A stretch of DNA of 64,000 nucleotides, from positions 1-64,000 of IMG/VR virus record IMGVR_UViG_3300006204_000007; one strand, given 5' to 3'. Below the pieces are notes generated by a model. That model was not told where the DNA came from. It saw nothing but the letters and a program-made list of their open reading frames with translations, and did not search any database. Source of the stretch: a virus. Its lineage: Duplodnaviria > Caudoviricetes. Shown here one piece after another: positions 48,082 to 58,147 of this stretch (position 1 is its first letter; the number at the start of each line of letters is the position of its first letter). A program made the translations under genes and the position numbers.

Positions 48082-48534
48082 TCATTTCATAAACACAAGC
48101 CAACGGGTTTTTGACCGCTTATCTCCAAACAACGGCTTAAAATCAATGTTGGCCAATATTTCAGAAGTCTTTATTTGTTCCTCATTCCACTTAAAAATCA
48201 ATACTCCATCTGTTTTTAGCACCCTCATGCACTCCTTAAATCCTGCCCTTATGTATGGTTTCCAATCAGCAGGAAGAACGCCATACTTTTTGGCCAACCA
48301 CGAATTTTCCCCAGCGTGGAGTAAATGCGGAGGGTCAAAGACAACCATTTTGAAAGATTCATCGTCAAACGGCATATTTCTAAAGTCCATTTTCACATCC
48401 GGCTTGATAACCAATTTCCGGCCATCACACAAGGTTGTTTCTAATTCTCTGTTATCTGCAAATACAACGTCCGTATTTTCTTTATCAAACCAAAACATTC
48501 TTGAACCGCAACAAGCATCTAAAATTCTTTCCAT
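48082..48534 (-). CDS. Class I SAM-dependent (probable DNA) methyltransferase
   Basis: ILDACCGSRMFW, VVFDPPH. Confidence 0.85.
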   Translation of the reverse strand: MERILDACCGSRMFWFDKENTDVVFADNRELETTLCDGRKLVIKPDVKMDFRNMPFDDESFKMVVFDPPHLLHAGENSWLAKKYGVLPADWKPYIRAGFKECMRVLKTDGVLIFKWNEEQIKTSEILANIDFKPLFGDKRSKTRWLVFMK

Positions 48535-48666
48535 ATTGCACTTCCTTTCTGCAATGCTCCTAAATAGTTAAAGCGTGAGGAAACGGTTAGGAATTACCGC
48601 TTTCTCCCCGTCGGGATATCCTCACACTTTAATTTTAATATAAATTGCAGATTCAGTTGTACCATT

Positions 48667-49104
48667 TTAACCTCTGCCGGCGGTCTGTTTAACAAGCCGT
48701 ACCCATTCAGAGCCATGTATGCGCTTTGCTTCCTCGAAAAAGTGGTCTGTCGTTCCGGGAGTATGGAATTGCATTTTTCTATCCGTCTTTTGCTTTTTCT
48801 TTCCCGGCGGTGAAAACCAACCAGTAATATTTCCTGCGCTATCCTTAATCGGTATATTGGGAGTGAATACGAATCCTTCGTAAACTGCGTGTGCATAAGG
48901 TGTGTTATACTCAATCTCGCCGCCGTATATCCCCTGCGGATAGTTCACGCTATTCCGCAATGCTCCCTGTTGGAATGGTATCAGAGGGTCGCAGTCGGCT
49001 ACTACCTGCATATTTAATAGCTTCTGTGCTTCTTTCAGATTGCGTTGCAACCTTGCATCAGTTATATCAATATCGACATTCCCTATATGCTGTCTAATCC
49101 TCAT
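48667..49104 (-). CDS. Minor capsid / tail-completion protein (A118 gp10-like)
   Basis: DPLIPFQQGALRNS...YNTPYAH. Confidence 0.8.
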   Translation of the reverse strand: MRIRQHIGNVDIDITDARLQRNLKEAQKLLNMQVVADCDPLIPFQQGALRNSVNYPQGIYGGEIEYNTPYAHAVYEGFVFTPNIPIKDSAGNITGWFSPPGKKKQKTDRKMQFHTPGTTDHFFEEAKRIHGSEWVRLVKQTAGRG

Positions 49105-49297
49105 AAAATCACGCTTTCTGTTCCATATAAATTCCGTTCACGCAACCACTACAAAACTCAAGTTCTCCGCACCATTCTAAACAACACCAAAGATGTGGCA
49201 TTTTATATTCTTCTGCACATTTTTTACAAACGCCCATATCTGGATTTTTTGCATATCTGCAAACCTCATTTGGGTTATTATCGAATTCACTCATTCC

Positions 49298-50764
49298 TTA
49301 TTCCTCCCCAAACAATCCATCTTTCGGCTCATTCTCGCTCTTTGCTTCTGCCACAATATCCCGCGCCGCTTCTTCCGTGAACCCTTCATTATGCACCAGA
49401 TAATACCACTTAGGATAAAAGCCCTTATCTGTCAGCAACAACGCCCTTGACCTATCTTCCTCCGCATTTCTCGTGAGGTCTGCAAAGTCCGCATATATTT
49501 CATAGTTCCCAAACTCACTAGGAGCCGATTCCCCGTTGATAACAGACATAGCGTCCATTATATAGGCTATGTCATGAATCGCCCCTATGCGCCCATCTCC
49601 GTTGCTGTCAGGGCATGATAGAATGTCCCGGTAATCTCCCACGGTGTTAATTGTACGCCGCTCCGTTGCTTCTACCTGGGTAGCAGTAGCAACGGAAATA
49701 GTCTGACCGTTAAAGACGAAATATCCAGGGTCAAACCCGGTCTTGTAAGAAATGATAGAAAGCAGGAAATTTATTCCGTCCGTCCGGCTTGCAACTTGCA
49801 GAGTTGGCTGCCACTGCTCAAATGACTTATCAGTCATATCGTCCAGTCCGGTCTTGAGTACCATTCTCGGAAGTTCAATCCCGTTTGCTTCTGCATACTG
49901 TATCGCAGATTGACCGATTATCATTTTCGGCTCGGAATCCTCTGTTTCAACTCCCAGCGTGGACATTGCAATATCCAGCCAGCGCAGTTCCTCTATGCAC
50001 TCCGAAAAGCACGATACCCCCAATGGGCTGTCCGGGTCTATGGTGTTGCTGTATGGGTTCTTTATGTACACGAATAAAGGTTTTTCAAGGTTCTCCGCTG
50101 TAAACTCCGGCACAATATCCGCCCACTTTGTATTTTTTAGGTCTGTCGGCCGGCCGATTTCGTCCTGGTTATCAGAAACAAACGCTTTATTGGAAACTCT
50201 GTACACTTTGACAGACACACTCTCCCCGGCTTCGTCCCGGCGTTCTCCGTCCTCGAACCTGTGCCATTCTGCCCGTGTGTAGAATTTCTTTTCTTTCTGG
50301 TAGTATGAGAAAAATATCGCCCCGGTCACTTCCCCATTACTGTCAAATTCAGTCACAAGAAATCTGTCTGGCGGTATGTAGTCCATACCTTTCCCGTTCC
50401 ACTTCGCCATAGATCCACCCAACATAACCACATCTTGCATAATCCGCTGGGCATTCTTCAGGAAATAATCATCAATGCATTTCTGGATTCTTTTTGCGGT
50501 TTCCCCAGTTCCATACTTTGACTGCACCTTGATATCAATATTCTGTGTAATCAGCTTAGCCAGTTCCCGTGCTACGGTGTTGGAAAAGCGTATTGTTCGG
50601 GTATCGCCCTTTACCCACGGTGGATTTCCGCTCTCCAACTGCCCCCACAGCTTGATAGCAGCGTCCATTTCTGGCGACAGGTACGTTTCCACACCGAAAG
50701 CCTTTTCAGCGTCCGTTTTAAATAACATTCTTATCTTCTCCTTAAACCATGCGATTAAACCCAT
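49298..50764 (-). CDS. Portal protein (SPP1/A118-like)
   Basis: 488 aa after the terminase; SPLGVSCF, TATQV motifs. Confidence 0.9.
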   Translation of the reverse strand: MGLIAWFKEKIRMLFKTDAEKAFGVETYLSPEMDAAIKLWGQLESGNPPWVKGDTRTIRFSNTVARELAKLITQNIDIKVQSKYGTGETAKRIQKCIDDYFLKNAQRIMQDVVMLGGSMAKWNGKGMDYIPPDRFLVTEFDSNGEVTGAIFFSYYQKEKKFYTRAEWHRFEDGERRDEAGESVSVKVYRVSNKAFVSDNQDEIGRPTDLKNTKWADIVPEFTAENLEKPLFVYIKNPYSNTIDPDSPLGVSCFSECIEELRWLDIAMSTLGVETEDSEPKMIIGQSAIQYAEANGIELPRMVLKTGLDDMTDKSFEQWQPTLQVASRTDGINFLLSIISYKTGFDPGYFVFNGQTISVATATQVEATERRTINTVGDYRDILSCPDSNGDGRIGAIHDIAYIMDAMSVINGESAPSEFGNYEIYADFADLTRNAEEDRSRALLLTDKGFYPKWYYLVHNEGFTEEAARDIVAEAKSENEPKDGLFGEE

Positions 50765-51147
50765 TATTCATCACCTATACAGTCAAGTATAAATTTATGC
50801 TTATATACATTCTCCAATTTGGAAATAGCTTTCATATGCCACAATAAAATATCTCCAAAGCAATCAGGATTAGTTTTGATAAGGCAAATTGTTTGCGTGT
50901 CAATTTCTTCAACTTTCCGCTTATTTCTTTCGTACAGACGTAAAATAGGCTCACTTTGAAGTCTGATTTTATGAATAGGTTTTCCGTCCTTTTCATATCT
51001 GATTGAATCACATGTCAACAAACTTTCATTCTTAGTAATTTCAATATCATCATGAGAAAGAGTTCTTTTTACATCTGTCATGCGCATTTTCCAAATAGAA
51101 TCATCTATCATTTGCAACTGTTCTGAAAACTTCCCAAATCTCCCCAT
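50764..51147 (-). CDS. Hypothetical protein
   Basis: 127-aa ORF in operon. Confidence 0.5.
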   Translation of the reverse strand: MGRFGKFSEQLQMIDDSIWKMRMTDVKRTLSHDDIEITKNESLLTCDSIRYEKDGKPIHKIRLQSEPILRLYERNKRKVEEIDTQTICLIKTNPDCFGDILLWHMKAISKLENVYKHKFILDCIGDE

Positions 51148-51358
51148 AGCATTATAAATCTGCTCTGTTGTTATTTATCCTTTTTGGCTGTCGTATAATT
51201 CACAAATAGCATTATATACAGATTCATCAAATTCAGAGAGATTCTTTCTATGCTTCTTTTTTATCTTTATTCCTTTTGGTGGATTATTAAAATCTATGCG
51301 TATATCCATTTCCCCATCTCCTAATCAAAATATTCTTTCAACTCCTGCCGCAATCCTT

Positions 51359-51856
51359 TCAAGGCTCATGGTATGGCTCTGGGAGGGGCATCCAAGCGAT
51401 AGACACTTCATCTATTTGTGTTCCGTTGCAATTAAACCATACAAAATGGTTAATATCATAATCAAATATTCCTTGATGCACTCTGTTTCCGTCACTGACA
51501 ATAAATCTGCAATCGCTTTTTATACATTCCTCTTTTGTTGGCAATCTATCCTTGCATGGAATCCACCCGCCGCAATCCTCCGCTGACCGCTCCATATCTG
51601 CCAGCTTTGCAGATAAGGCTTCTATGGTGTCGGCGGCTTGATAAAGAATATTAGCGGTTCCATATATCGCATCTCCACTTGCTTCATGTGCATAGGCGCA
51701 CGCTTTAATCTCCTTTATCTGTTCACTAATGCTCATTCTGTCCATCCTCCAATCACAGTTTTTTCTCACATTTAATTGAACAATATTCGCACCTTGCTTT
51801 TGGACATGGAGCATTTGTATGTTTGCATGTAAACGCAACGACATTCTTTGGGACAT
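51359..51856 (-). CDS. DUF551-like protein (true start probably MSISEQ)
   Basis: GWIPCKDRLP...IAWMPLPEPY. Confidence 0.7.
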   Translation of the reverse strand: MSQRMSLRLHANIQMLHVQKQGANIVQLNVRKNCDWRMDRMSISEQIKEIKACAYAHEASGDAIYGTANILYQAADTIEALSAKLADMERSAEDCGGWIPCKDRLPTKEECIKSDCRFIVSDGNRVHQGIFDYDINHFVWFNCNGTQIDEVSIAWMPLPEPYHEP

Positions 51857-51951
51857 GGCACTCCCTATTCTTTCTGTTTACACATAGAAATTTGTCACAT
51901 ATTTCCATTTCCCTATCCTCTCCTTACCACATTGGCAGATGCTTCAAATGC

Positions 51952-52221
51952 CTAACCCCTTATAACTGACATCATATATCCCAATTCTTTGTGAACATTC
52001 CTCACAACGCCCATTCTCTTTTTCTCGTGATTTTGAATCGCTCTCGCCCTTATGTTCCAATGTTCAACGGCTTCTTTTTCTGTGTCATACCACTTCTGCA
52101 CATCATCAGCCGTCATACTCCCTTGCAGAACGTGGTATTCACCATCTTTTTCTGCCAAATAAGGCATTCCGTCAAATAAATGACAACGCTCTATCTTCAA
52201 TATTCTTCCCCTTTCTACCAC
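51952..52221 (-). CDS. Hypothetical protein (Lar-like C-terminus)
   Basis: TEKEAVEHWNIR. Confidence 0.5.
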   Translation of the reverse strand: MVERGRILKIERCHLFDGMPYLAEKDGEYHVLQGSMTADDVQKWYDTEKEAVEHWNIRARAIQNHEKKRMGVVRNVHKELGYMMSVIRG

Positions 52222-52230
52222 ATAGCCATT

Positions 52231-53556
52231 TTAATATTTCCACCTCAACCGCCGCCGCAGGAATGTATAACATAAATAGCGTATCTGGTCGCATTGGTGG
52301 TCATTCTCCTTTATAACAGCATCTTCTGGACTTTCCATGTCCCAGGAATACAATCCCATTTCACTCATTACTGATTCGCAATCTTCGTAAAAGCTGATAA
52401 TTCCTTTGTTTAGCATAGTTGTAACAACTCGTATGCCGTCCAGTACGTCATTTTCCGCGCCCTTTGCAATGTATTTCCCATGCTTCTTGATTGTTTCAAT
52501 AAACGAAGCTGCGGAAGGGTCAACGATTATAAAAGACACTTTCTTGTCGCCTATCAGTTTACACAATTCCTGATAATGCGTTTCATCATCACGCCTTACC
52601 CCAGTTTCGCGGCTGTCATAGTAATATTCGTACTCCATCTGCGCCCGTTTTCCATCAAACGCCCACAATCCGGCAGCAAACGGGTTGACTGTTCCATAGT
52701 CCACAGACACGACCCATTCTTTTTCCCCGGTCATGTGTTTGTATTTGACGTGCTTGTCCTCGTCAAACATGGAGTAGACAAGCCCCTCTGCCACGCACCA
52801 CAGCCCCAGGATATACCGCTTGAAGAACACTCCCACATACATTCCCCGGTATCGTGTCTTTATCCGCTCTGACAGCGATAAATTATCGTCCATAGTGAAA
52901 TGCAGATATAGGATCCGCTTTTCCTCTGCCTTATCAATCCAGTTGACCTTGAACCAGTGCCGGGGGCTGTCCGGGTTACAGTTAAACCACATCTTAGAGC
53001 CATCAACAGATAATCGCCCCGTTGCCTGATTGACAAAAGATTCCGGCATAAGCGCCACTTCATCAAAGAAAAAACCGGAACCCGTAAATCCTTGAACCAA
53101 ATCCTGCGAACCCTCGTGATTTCCTCCAAAGATATAAAATGTATTAGTTATATCTCCTTTGCTTATGGTTAAATAATGGCTGTCTCCTCTATGGTCTTTG
53201 ATTTTATATCCTCTACTTATCAACATCAATTTTAGGGTATTTACAACATTTCTCCTAAAAGAAGCAATCGTCTTTCCAGCCATTCCAAAATCGCTATTAT
53301 TAAAGTTTTCCATCGCCCACAGCACATAGGACAGCGACATTGAGAGAGTCTTTCCGCTCCTGATTGCCCCATCTGCTATGATTCCGTCCATATCCTTTAC
53401 CGGGCTTTCAGGACACCACCAGGTAAGGACTTTCTTTTGTTTGTCAGAGAATGGCTTGAACTGGAATCCCTGCTTCTGCACCTTTGCTTTCATAGCGGAG
53501 GCACGTTTTGCTATGCCTTTGCGGATATTTTCTATTCGGGTGTCAATATCGCCCAT
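52231..53556 (-). CDS. terL: Terminase large subunit (PBSX type)
   Basis: GAIRSGKT, FFFDEV, NCNPDSPRHW, DYGTVNP, DHQCDQIRY. Confidence 0.95.
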   Translation of the reverse strand: MGDIDTRIENIRKGIAKRASAMKAKVQKQGFQFKPFSDKQKKVLTWWCPESPVKDMDGIIADGAIRSGKTLSMSLSYVLWAMENFNNSDFGMAGKTIASFRRNVVNTLKLMLISRGYKIKDHRGDSHYLTISKGDITNTFYIFGGNHEGSQDLVQGFTGSGFFFDEVALMPESFVNQATGRLSVDGSKMWFNCNPDSPRHWFKVNWIDKAEEKRILYLHFTMDDNLSLSERIKTRYRGMYVGVFFKRYILGLWCVAEGLVYSMFDEDKHVKYKHMTGEKEWVVSVDYGTVNPFAAGLWAFDGKRAQMEYEYYYDSRETGVRRDDETHYQELCKLIGDKKVSFIIVDPSAASFIETIKKHGKYIAKGAENDVLDGIRVVTTMLNKGIISFYEDCESVMSEMGLYSWDMESPEDAVIKENDHQCDQIRYLCYTFLRRRLRWKY

Positions 53557-53819
53557 TATTTACTCCAATCCAATTTCTGACCGCACCGATTACAGTAATT
53601 ATTTAATCCTCTATAATCGTGATGCACTAGGCAATCATGAAACATTTCTTTTGGTTCGTCACTCTCACTGCCGGAAATGTCATCGTCATCAAATTCTATG
53701 ATACGCAACCCACAAGATGGACAAATACAAGCATAAATATTAACGTTTCCGTGATAGCTATATCCCACATCCTCATATCTTATCTTTTGTGGAATCTGCT
53801 TTTTCTCCCATTTATTCAT
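53556..53819 (-). CDS. Zinc-ribbon protein
   Basis: CPSCG...YCNRCGQKLDW. Confidence 0.7.
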   Translation of the reverse strand: MNKWEKKQIPQKIRYEDVGYSYHGNVNIYACICPSCGLRIIEFDDDDISGSESDEPKEMFHDCLVHHDYRGLNNYCNRCGQKLDWSK

Positions 53820-54315
53820 CCTCTACCTCGCTTTCTTCCCACACTTCCGCCGCCGTTCCATTCAGAGCGTCCAGGAAGTTGTCCTCTGCTTCTTCCTCCG
53901 TATGGCTGTCCTTGACCTGGCTTTCCAGTTTCAGGAGTTCGATTTCAAGTTTCTGCTTATCCAACTGGTGCTTCATCGGGTTGTTGATGAACTTGTCTAT
54001 CACAATCCCCATTGCAGTAGCAATCTCTGACAGCTTCGCAGCCTGTATTTTCTCTGGCTTTTTCAGAGCTTCTATGTAAGCGTCTAAAACATCTTTCGCC
54101 TTATCTTTTCTGGATTCCATATAGTCCAGAATGTCAGCGGTATTCTGCTCTCTTTTTTCTGCGCACTTCTGCGCAATCTGCGCATTTTCATTGCAAATCT
54201 TTTTTACAGTGTTATCCGACACCCCAAATTTCTTTGCTGTTGCTCTATAGCTGCCAGACTCCACATAATCAGCAATTATTTCTTTTTTCTGTTTATCTGT
54301 CAGCCTGGCAGCCAC
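53812..54315 (-). CDS. terS: Terminase small subunit (HTH)
   Basis: N-terminal HTH; C-terminal DNFLDALNGTA; upstream of terL. Confidence 0.8.
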   Translation of the reverse strand: MAARLTDKQKKEIIADYVESGSYRATAKKFGVSDNTVKKICNENAQIAQKCAEKREQNTADILDYMESRKDKAKDVLDAYIEALKKPEKIQAAKLSEIATAMGIVIDKFINNPMKHQLDKQKLEIELLKLESQVKDSHTEEEAEDNFLDALNGTAAEVWEESEVEDE

Positions 54316-54351
54316 TTTCTATCACCTCAATCTGCAAATTCTTTCTGCCTG

Positions 54352-54603
54352 TCATTCCGTAATCAAATCAAGGAAAACAATATCATCTGCGACAGGCATA
54401 ACGATTCTTCCGTCTGGTAACTCTACAATCGCAACAGAATAATTTCCAGGTCCGCTATCACAAAATTCCTCATAGTTCATTCCCCATTCATGGAAATAAC
54501 CCAATTCAAAATCCATGCTATGCCATTTCCCATTTTCATATATGTTACATTTCCCTTTACATCTTCTCAATTTATTCATTTCCCTATCCTTTTCCTTTCT
54601 CAT
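54352..54603 (-). CDS. Conserved phage hypothetical protein
   Basis: FHEWG...VAIVELPDGRI. Confidence 0.65.
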   Translation of the reverse strand: MRKEKDREMNKLRRCKGKCNIYENGKWHSMDFELGYFHEWGMNYEEFCDSGPGNYSVAIVELPDGRIVMPVADDIVFLDLITE

Positions 54604-54809
54604 TATCCAAATGGTTCTATTACCTCAAAACATTCCTCATAGGTTAATCCGGTCACTTTCAGGATTTTATCAATATTCTTTTTCCGAATATCTGTATTGC
54701 CATTCAGGAACCGGCTCATGGTAGAGGGAGCAATTCCGCACTTATCCGCAAATTCTCTGATACTCATCCCCTCAATACCTATATATTTTTCGATTCGCCA
54801 ATACTTCAT
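54603..54809 (-). CDS. HTH (Xre) protein
   Basis: SIREFADKCGIAPSTMSRFLNG. Confidence 0.8.
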   Translation of the reverse strand: MKYWRIEKYIGIEGMSIREFADKCGIAPSTMSRFLNGNTDIRKKNIDKILKVTGLTYEECFEVIEPFG

Positions 54810-55036
54810 ATCCTTACCTTTGCTTTCTGCTTTGGAGTCAGCTTATCCATTCAACCACCGCCTATATGCTCACCGATTTTATTCTTCAATATCCCACCAC
54901 GAAGCGTCTAACTTTCCCTCATACCAATCATGGAAAATTTCAGATATTTCCTCATCCGTTGTATCATCATCAAATTCCATTACTTCTTCATGTGCGCTAC
55001 ATGCAAATCCCGTTCCAAGATAAAATTTAACCTTTC

Positions 55037-55588
55037 TCATTCTCCCTTACCCCTCTCCAATTCTTTCAATGCGGCTTCGGCTTCTTCTCTGGTGAGGAAA
55101 TCGGTCTTGCCGATTTCTCTTACTGCAAAAGTTCCCGTAATACTTCCGTTTGAATTTGTATAGTAAACAACAACTTGGTCTAAAATCCTTTCTTCTTCCC
55201 AGTCATCATCATTCATACTTCCGAAAGAAAATCCCGCAACCTCATAACTGTATGGTCTGCCAAAATCAATATCCCAAATTATATCCCCCGCCGCACAAGG
55301 AAGTTTCAACAGTTTCCCTTGTTTCTCTGCCTCTTTCCATTCCACGAACTTTTCTGCATCTTCTTTTTCAATGAACAACGCCAAATGATTAAGAGATTCC
55401 TTTATCTGACCTTTTTCATTCCAAATTCCCGCCCAGCTCATAGGTCTTACTGCATATCTGCCTCTATCTGTTTCGCAAATTATTGGTTTATCCATATTTC
55501 CCTTTCCCTCCACAATCCCCCTAAATCCCCTAATTCTATTGTACAGGAGATTCATAGGGGAGTTGTACCAAGTTAATCTGCTATCCAT
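55037..55588 (-). CDS. Conserved phage protein (true start probably MDKPII)
   Basis: GKLLKLPC..GD; FLTREEAEAAL. Confidence 0.7.
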   Translation of the reverse strand: MDSRLTWYNSPMNLLYNRIRGFRGIVEGKGNMDKPIICETDRGRYAVRPMSWAGIWNEKGQIKESLNHLALFIEKEDAEKFVEWKEAEKQGKLLKLPCAAGDIIWDIDFGRPYSYEVAGFSFGSMNDDDWEEERILDQVVVYYTNSNGSITGTFAVREIGKTDFLTREEAEAALKELERGKGE

Positions 55589-56153
55589 TCGTGCTTACAT
55601 ATTCTGCATCCGCATACAATCCATGATTTGACCAATACAATCTTCTCATAGGCTTTTCTTCATTCAAGATGTTTACTGCGCAATATGTATCATCTAAAAT
55701 TTCTTTTTTGTGCTTCTCATACTCTTTCATCAACTTCTTTTCGCTGTCAAATGGCACACAGAATTGATATGTCATATCTTCTTTCCAGAAAAGCATATTT
55801 TCAAATATTCCTATCTGCGCCCACAAAACAACATCGTCACATTCCCTTGGCTCATATTCAACAGTAATCCGTTCTGATAGGTTGAAGGGTACTATGGTCT
55901 TATACTTCTTTCGTTCTTCATCCGCTATCCGAATTAACTCGTTTATATCCTGTAATCCCTCGTCATAAGAATAGCACCCTCCGCTGTCAGTTCTGTAAAA
56001 CGGATAATATGGCAATCCCTCAACTTTGGTTATGGTTGCAATCCTAGCTTCTCCCAAAACAATTCTGCCGATTTTATCCCCAACAGAAAGTGTTTGTTTT
56101 ATTTCTTTTTCAGATTGCAAATATGAAAATATATCCAACTGCTCATACTCCAT
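55581..56153 (-). CDS. Hypothetical protein
   Basis: YEQLDIFSYL start. Confidence 0.6.
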   Translation of the reverse strand: MEYEQLDIFSYLQSEKEIKQTLSVGDKIGRIVLGEARIATITKVEGLPYYPFYRTDSGGCYSYDEGLQDINELIRIADEERKKYKTIVPFNLSERITVEYEPRECDDVVLWAQIGIFENMLFWKEDMTYQFCVPFDSEKKLMKEYEKHKKEILDDTYCAVNILNEEKPMRRLYWSNHGLYADAEYVSTNG

Positions 56154-56205
56154 CTATTTCCCTATCCTCCTTAACTCCTTATCAAACAAACTGTAAAAAT
56201 ATCTC

Positions 56206-56460
56206 CTAATCCTCTTCCACCACTTTCAAAAGGCTCTTCCTTGCTGCATAATAATGTGTAATCTGCCCATATTTCCCAGCTTTTACCGCCACAAGCATTC
56301 TGTCAATGGTGCTTTTATCCTTATCAATCTTTGAATGGCTTCTCTTTGCGCTGGCCGGAATATGTTTTCTTACGCTCGTTCCAGCCGGAATATCCGCAAT
56401 GATAACACCACGTTTTTCCGTCCATGAACTTATCCAAACAACCTTATCTCCTATTTTCAT
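56206..56460 (-). CDS. Hypothetical protein
   Basis: MKIGDKV start. Confidence 0.55.
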   Translation of the reverse strand: MKIGDKVVWISSWTEKRGVIIADIPAGTSVRKHIPASAKRSHSKIDKDKSTIDRMLVAVKAGKYGQITHYYAARKSLLKVVEED

Positions 56461-57626
56461 TTCCCTATCTCCTTCATTTTCTCGTTAAAAATACTAAAGA
56501 AATATCTCCTAATCCCATAAAAATCTGTCCGGCAGTATGGAATCCGCTCCATTTCTTTCAGCTCCCATTTCACCCTTAAGGCGTCATAGGACTTGTTTTG
56601 AGTGACAGACAGTAAAATGTACTCTGCAATCGTTTCATTGGCTCTATGAGCCGCCTGTGAAGCTAGAGAGGCATATCTGCCGGACTGTATGTACTCTGTA
56701 AGTTGCCTGTACCGCTCTTTGCTGATTCCATAATACTGCCAAGAATGCCGGGGAACTGAATGGTACTGCGGTTGTGGCAGTTCGTCTGCTTTCCCCCATT
56801 GTTCAGCCATAGCTTTTGCAATACTAGGGAATGTCTTGCTTCGTATTTTTGCTGTTTCTGGGTCGTTGTATCTCATGATTTTTCCGAAATCATCTTTTGT
56901 CATAAACCCAAGTAGTTTCCCGTCCGGACTTACCTGTTGATTCTCTTTCCTTTTTCTTTCGTCCCAGATAATATCCGTAGGGTGTAACTTTTGAAGTCCT
57001 TTAAGCCAAAGGCAAGTACCTTTTGACGCATTGTGTCCAAACATCCAGGGTTGAATGATTTGGTCTGGCTTTCTATATTCTGTTGACATTATCCCCACTG
57101 GGTTCTCAATTGCTATCCTTTCACAATCGGCATTTACGAACTGCATAAAGAATTGTTTGCCTTTTTCTCTGTTCTCTGCCCTTTCAATCGCTTTATCTCC
57201 GTATTTCTCAACATCAAACCAGCGATTTCCAGCTACCGTCAGATATGTACAAGGCGGAAAAGCTATAATCATATCCCATTTCCCATAAATCCTATGTTCT
57301 ATGCCGTCCACTGTCCGAAAACTACAATCGCCATTCAGCAAGGGGAGTACATCGGCTTGTATATGCCATTCTGGGTGTCCTCCGCTGCAAGGTTCTATGT
57401 CGCAGGAATAGGATTCATGTCCTAATCGCCGGAACTCCATGCAGACACGCTGGCTCTCTTCACACGCTACTAAAACTTTCATATGCTGTTTTATTTCCTG
57501 TTCAAAGATACTAAGCTGCCTAAATCCACTGTACCTCTCACATGATTCTTTCTTCCCTGTACATCCCTCACATTTGCATACATTCAAGCATGTCCGGCAT
57601 AGGCAGGTGTGGCATTTTCTGCGCAT
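56457..57626 (-). CDS. Fusion: Cys-rich N-terminus, C5-like DNA methyltransferase domain, putative late-activator (ArpU/RinA-like) C-terminus
   Basis: MKVLVACEES...FPPCT...IENP...MAEQWG domain at about 56793-57482, flanked in frame by unrelated segments. Confidence 0.7.
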   Translation of the reverse strand: MRRKCHTCLCRTCLNVCKCEGCTGKKESCERYSGFRQLSIFEQEIKQHMKVLVACEESQRVCMEFRRLGHESYSCDIEPCSGGHPEWHIQADVLPLLNGDCSFRTVDGIEHRIYGKWDMIIAFPPCTYLTVAGNRWFDVEKYGDKAIERAENREKGKQFFMQFVNADCERIAIENPVGIMSTEYRKPDQIIQPWMFGHNASKGTCLWLKGLQKLHPTDIIWDERKRKENQQVSPDGKLLGFMTKDDFGKIMRYNDPETAKIRSKTFPSIAKAMAEQWGKADELPQPQYHSVPRHSWQYYGISKERYRQLTEYIQSGRYASLASQAAHRANETIAEYILLSVTQNKSYDALRVKWELKEMERIPYCRTDFYGIRRYFFSIFNEKMKEIGK

Positions 57627-57630
57627 GGTA

Positions 57631-57876
57631 TCACCGCCTAACTCTTCTTCTCAATTCCGCTTCCAGCACCTTTAACTTGGTCTTTACTCCGCTCTTTCCA
57701 TCAAGATTAGAAATTGTCGCTTGAATTTCTTCGTTTGTTGCCCTTTTTAATGCACTTTTAAAATTACAATCACCAGATGGCGTTGTCATAAGCCAGCTAA
57801 TATTATTGCTCATCATTTCCCCTATCTCCTTTCCTTTTCCTGCACCACTGCGGGCAGTTTGATACTTTCTGTTCAA
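57631..57876 (-). CDS. Small hypothetical protein (true start probably MSNNIS)
   Basis: Basic C-terminus. Confidence 0.5.
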   Translation of the reverse strand: MNRKYQTARSGAGKGKEIGEMMSNNISWLMTTPSGDCNFKSALKRATNEEIQATISNLDGKSGVKTKLKVLEAELRRRVRR

Positions 57877-58147
57877 TCAGGCGCATTTTGTCAACACACA
57901 ATCTTCTATATCCGTCCTGCTTCTCCTTTTCCACTAATATACAGTTTTCGCATTCATCACAGTGCGGTAGGTTTGCTTTTACTCTCACTCTGTAATCTCT
58001 CTGTTTCTGCTGATACATTTCTGGATTTATTGCCCATCGCCTACGCTTAAGCATGGCGGCAATATCTTTGTTTTCCTTGTTGCAATCTTCTCTTGTACAA
58101 GATACACAATTCGGATATTGGCAATCATCAGAAATCAATTTGATCAC
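57803..58147 (-). CDS. Cys-rich hypothetical protein
   Basis: CQYPNC..C; CDECENC. Confidence 0.6.
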   Translation of the reverse strand: MIKLISDDCQYPNCVSCTREDCNKENKDIAAMLKRRRWAINPEMYQQKQRDYRVRVKANLPHCDECENCILVEKEKQDGYRRLCVDKMRLIEQKVSNCPQWCRKRKGDRGNDEQ

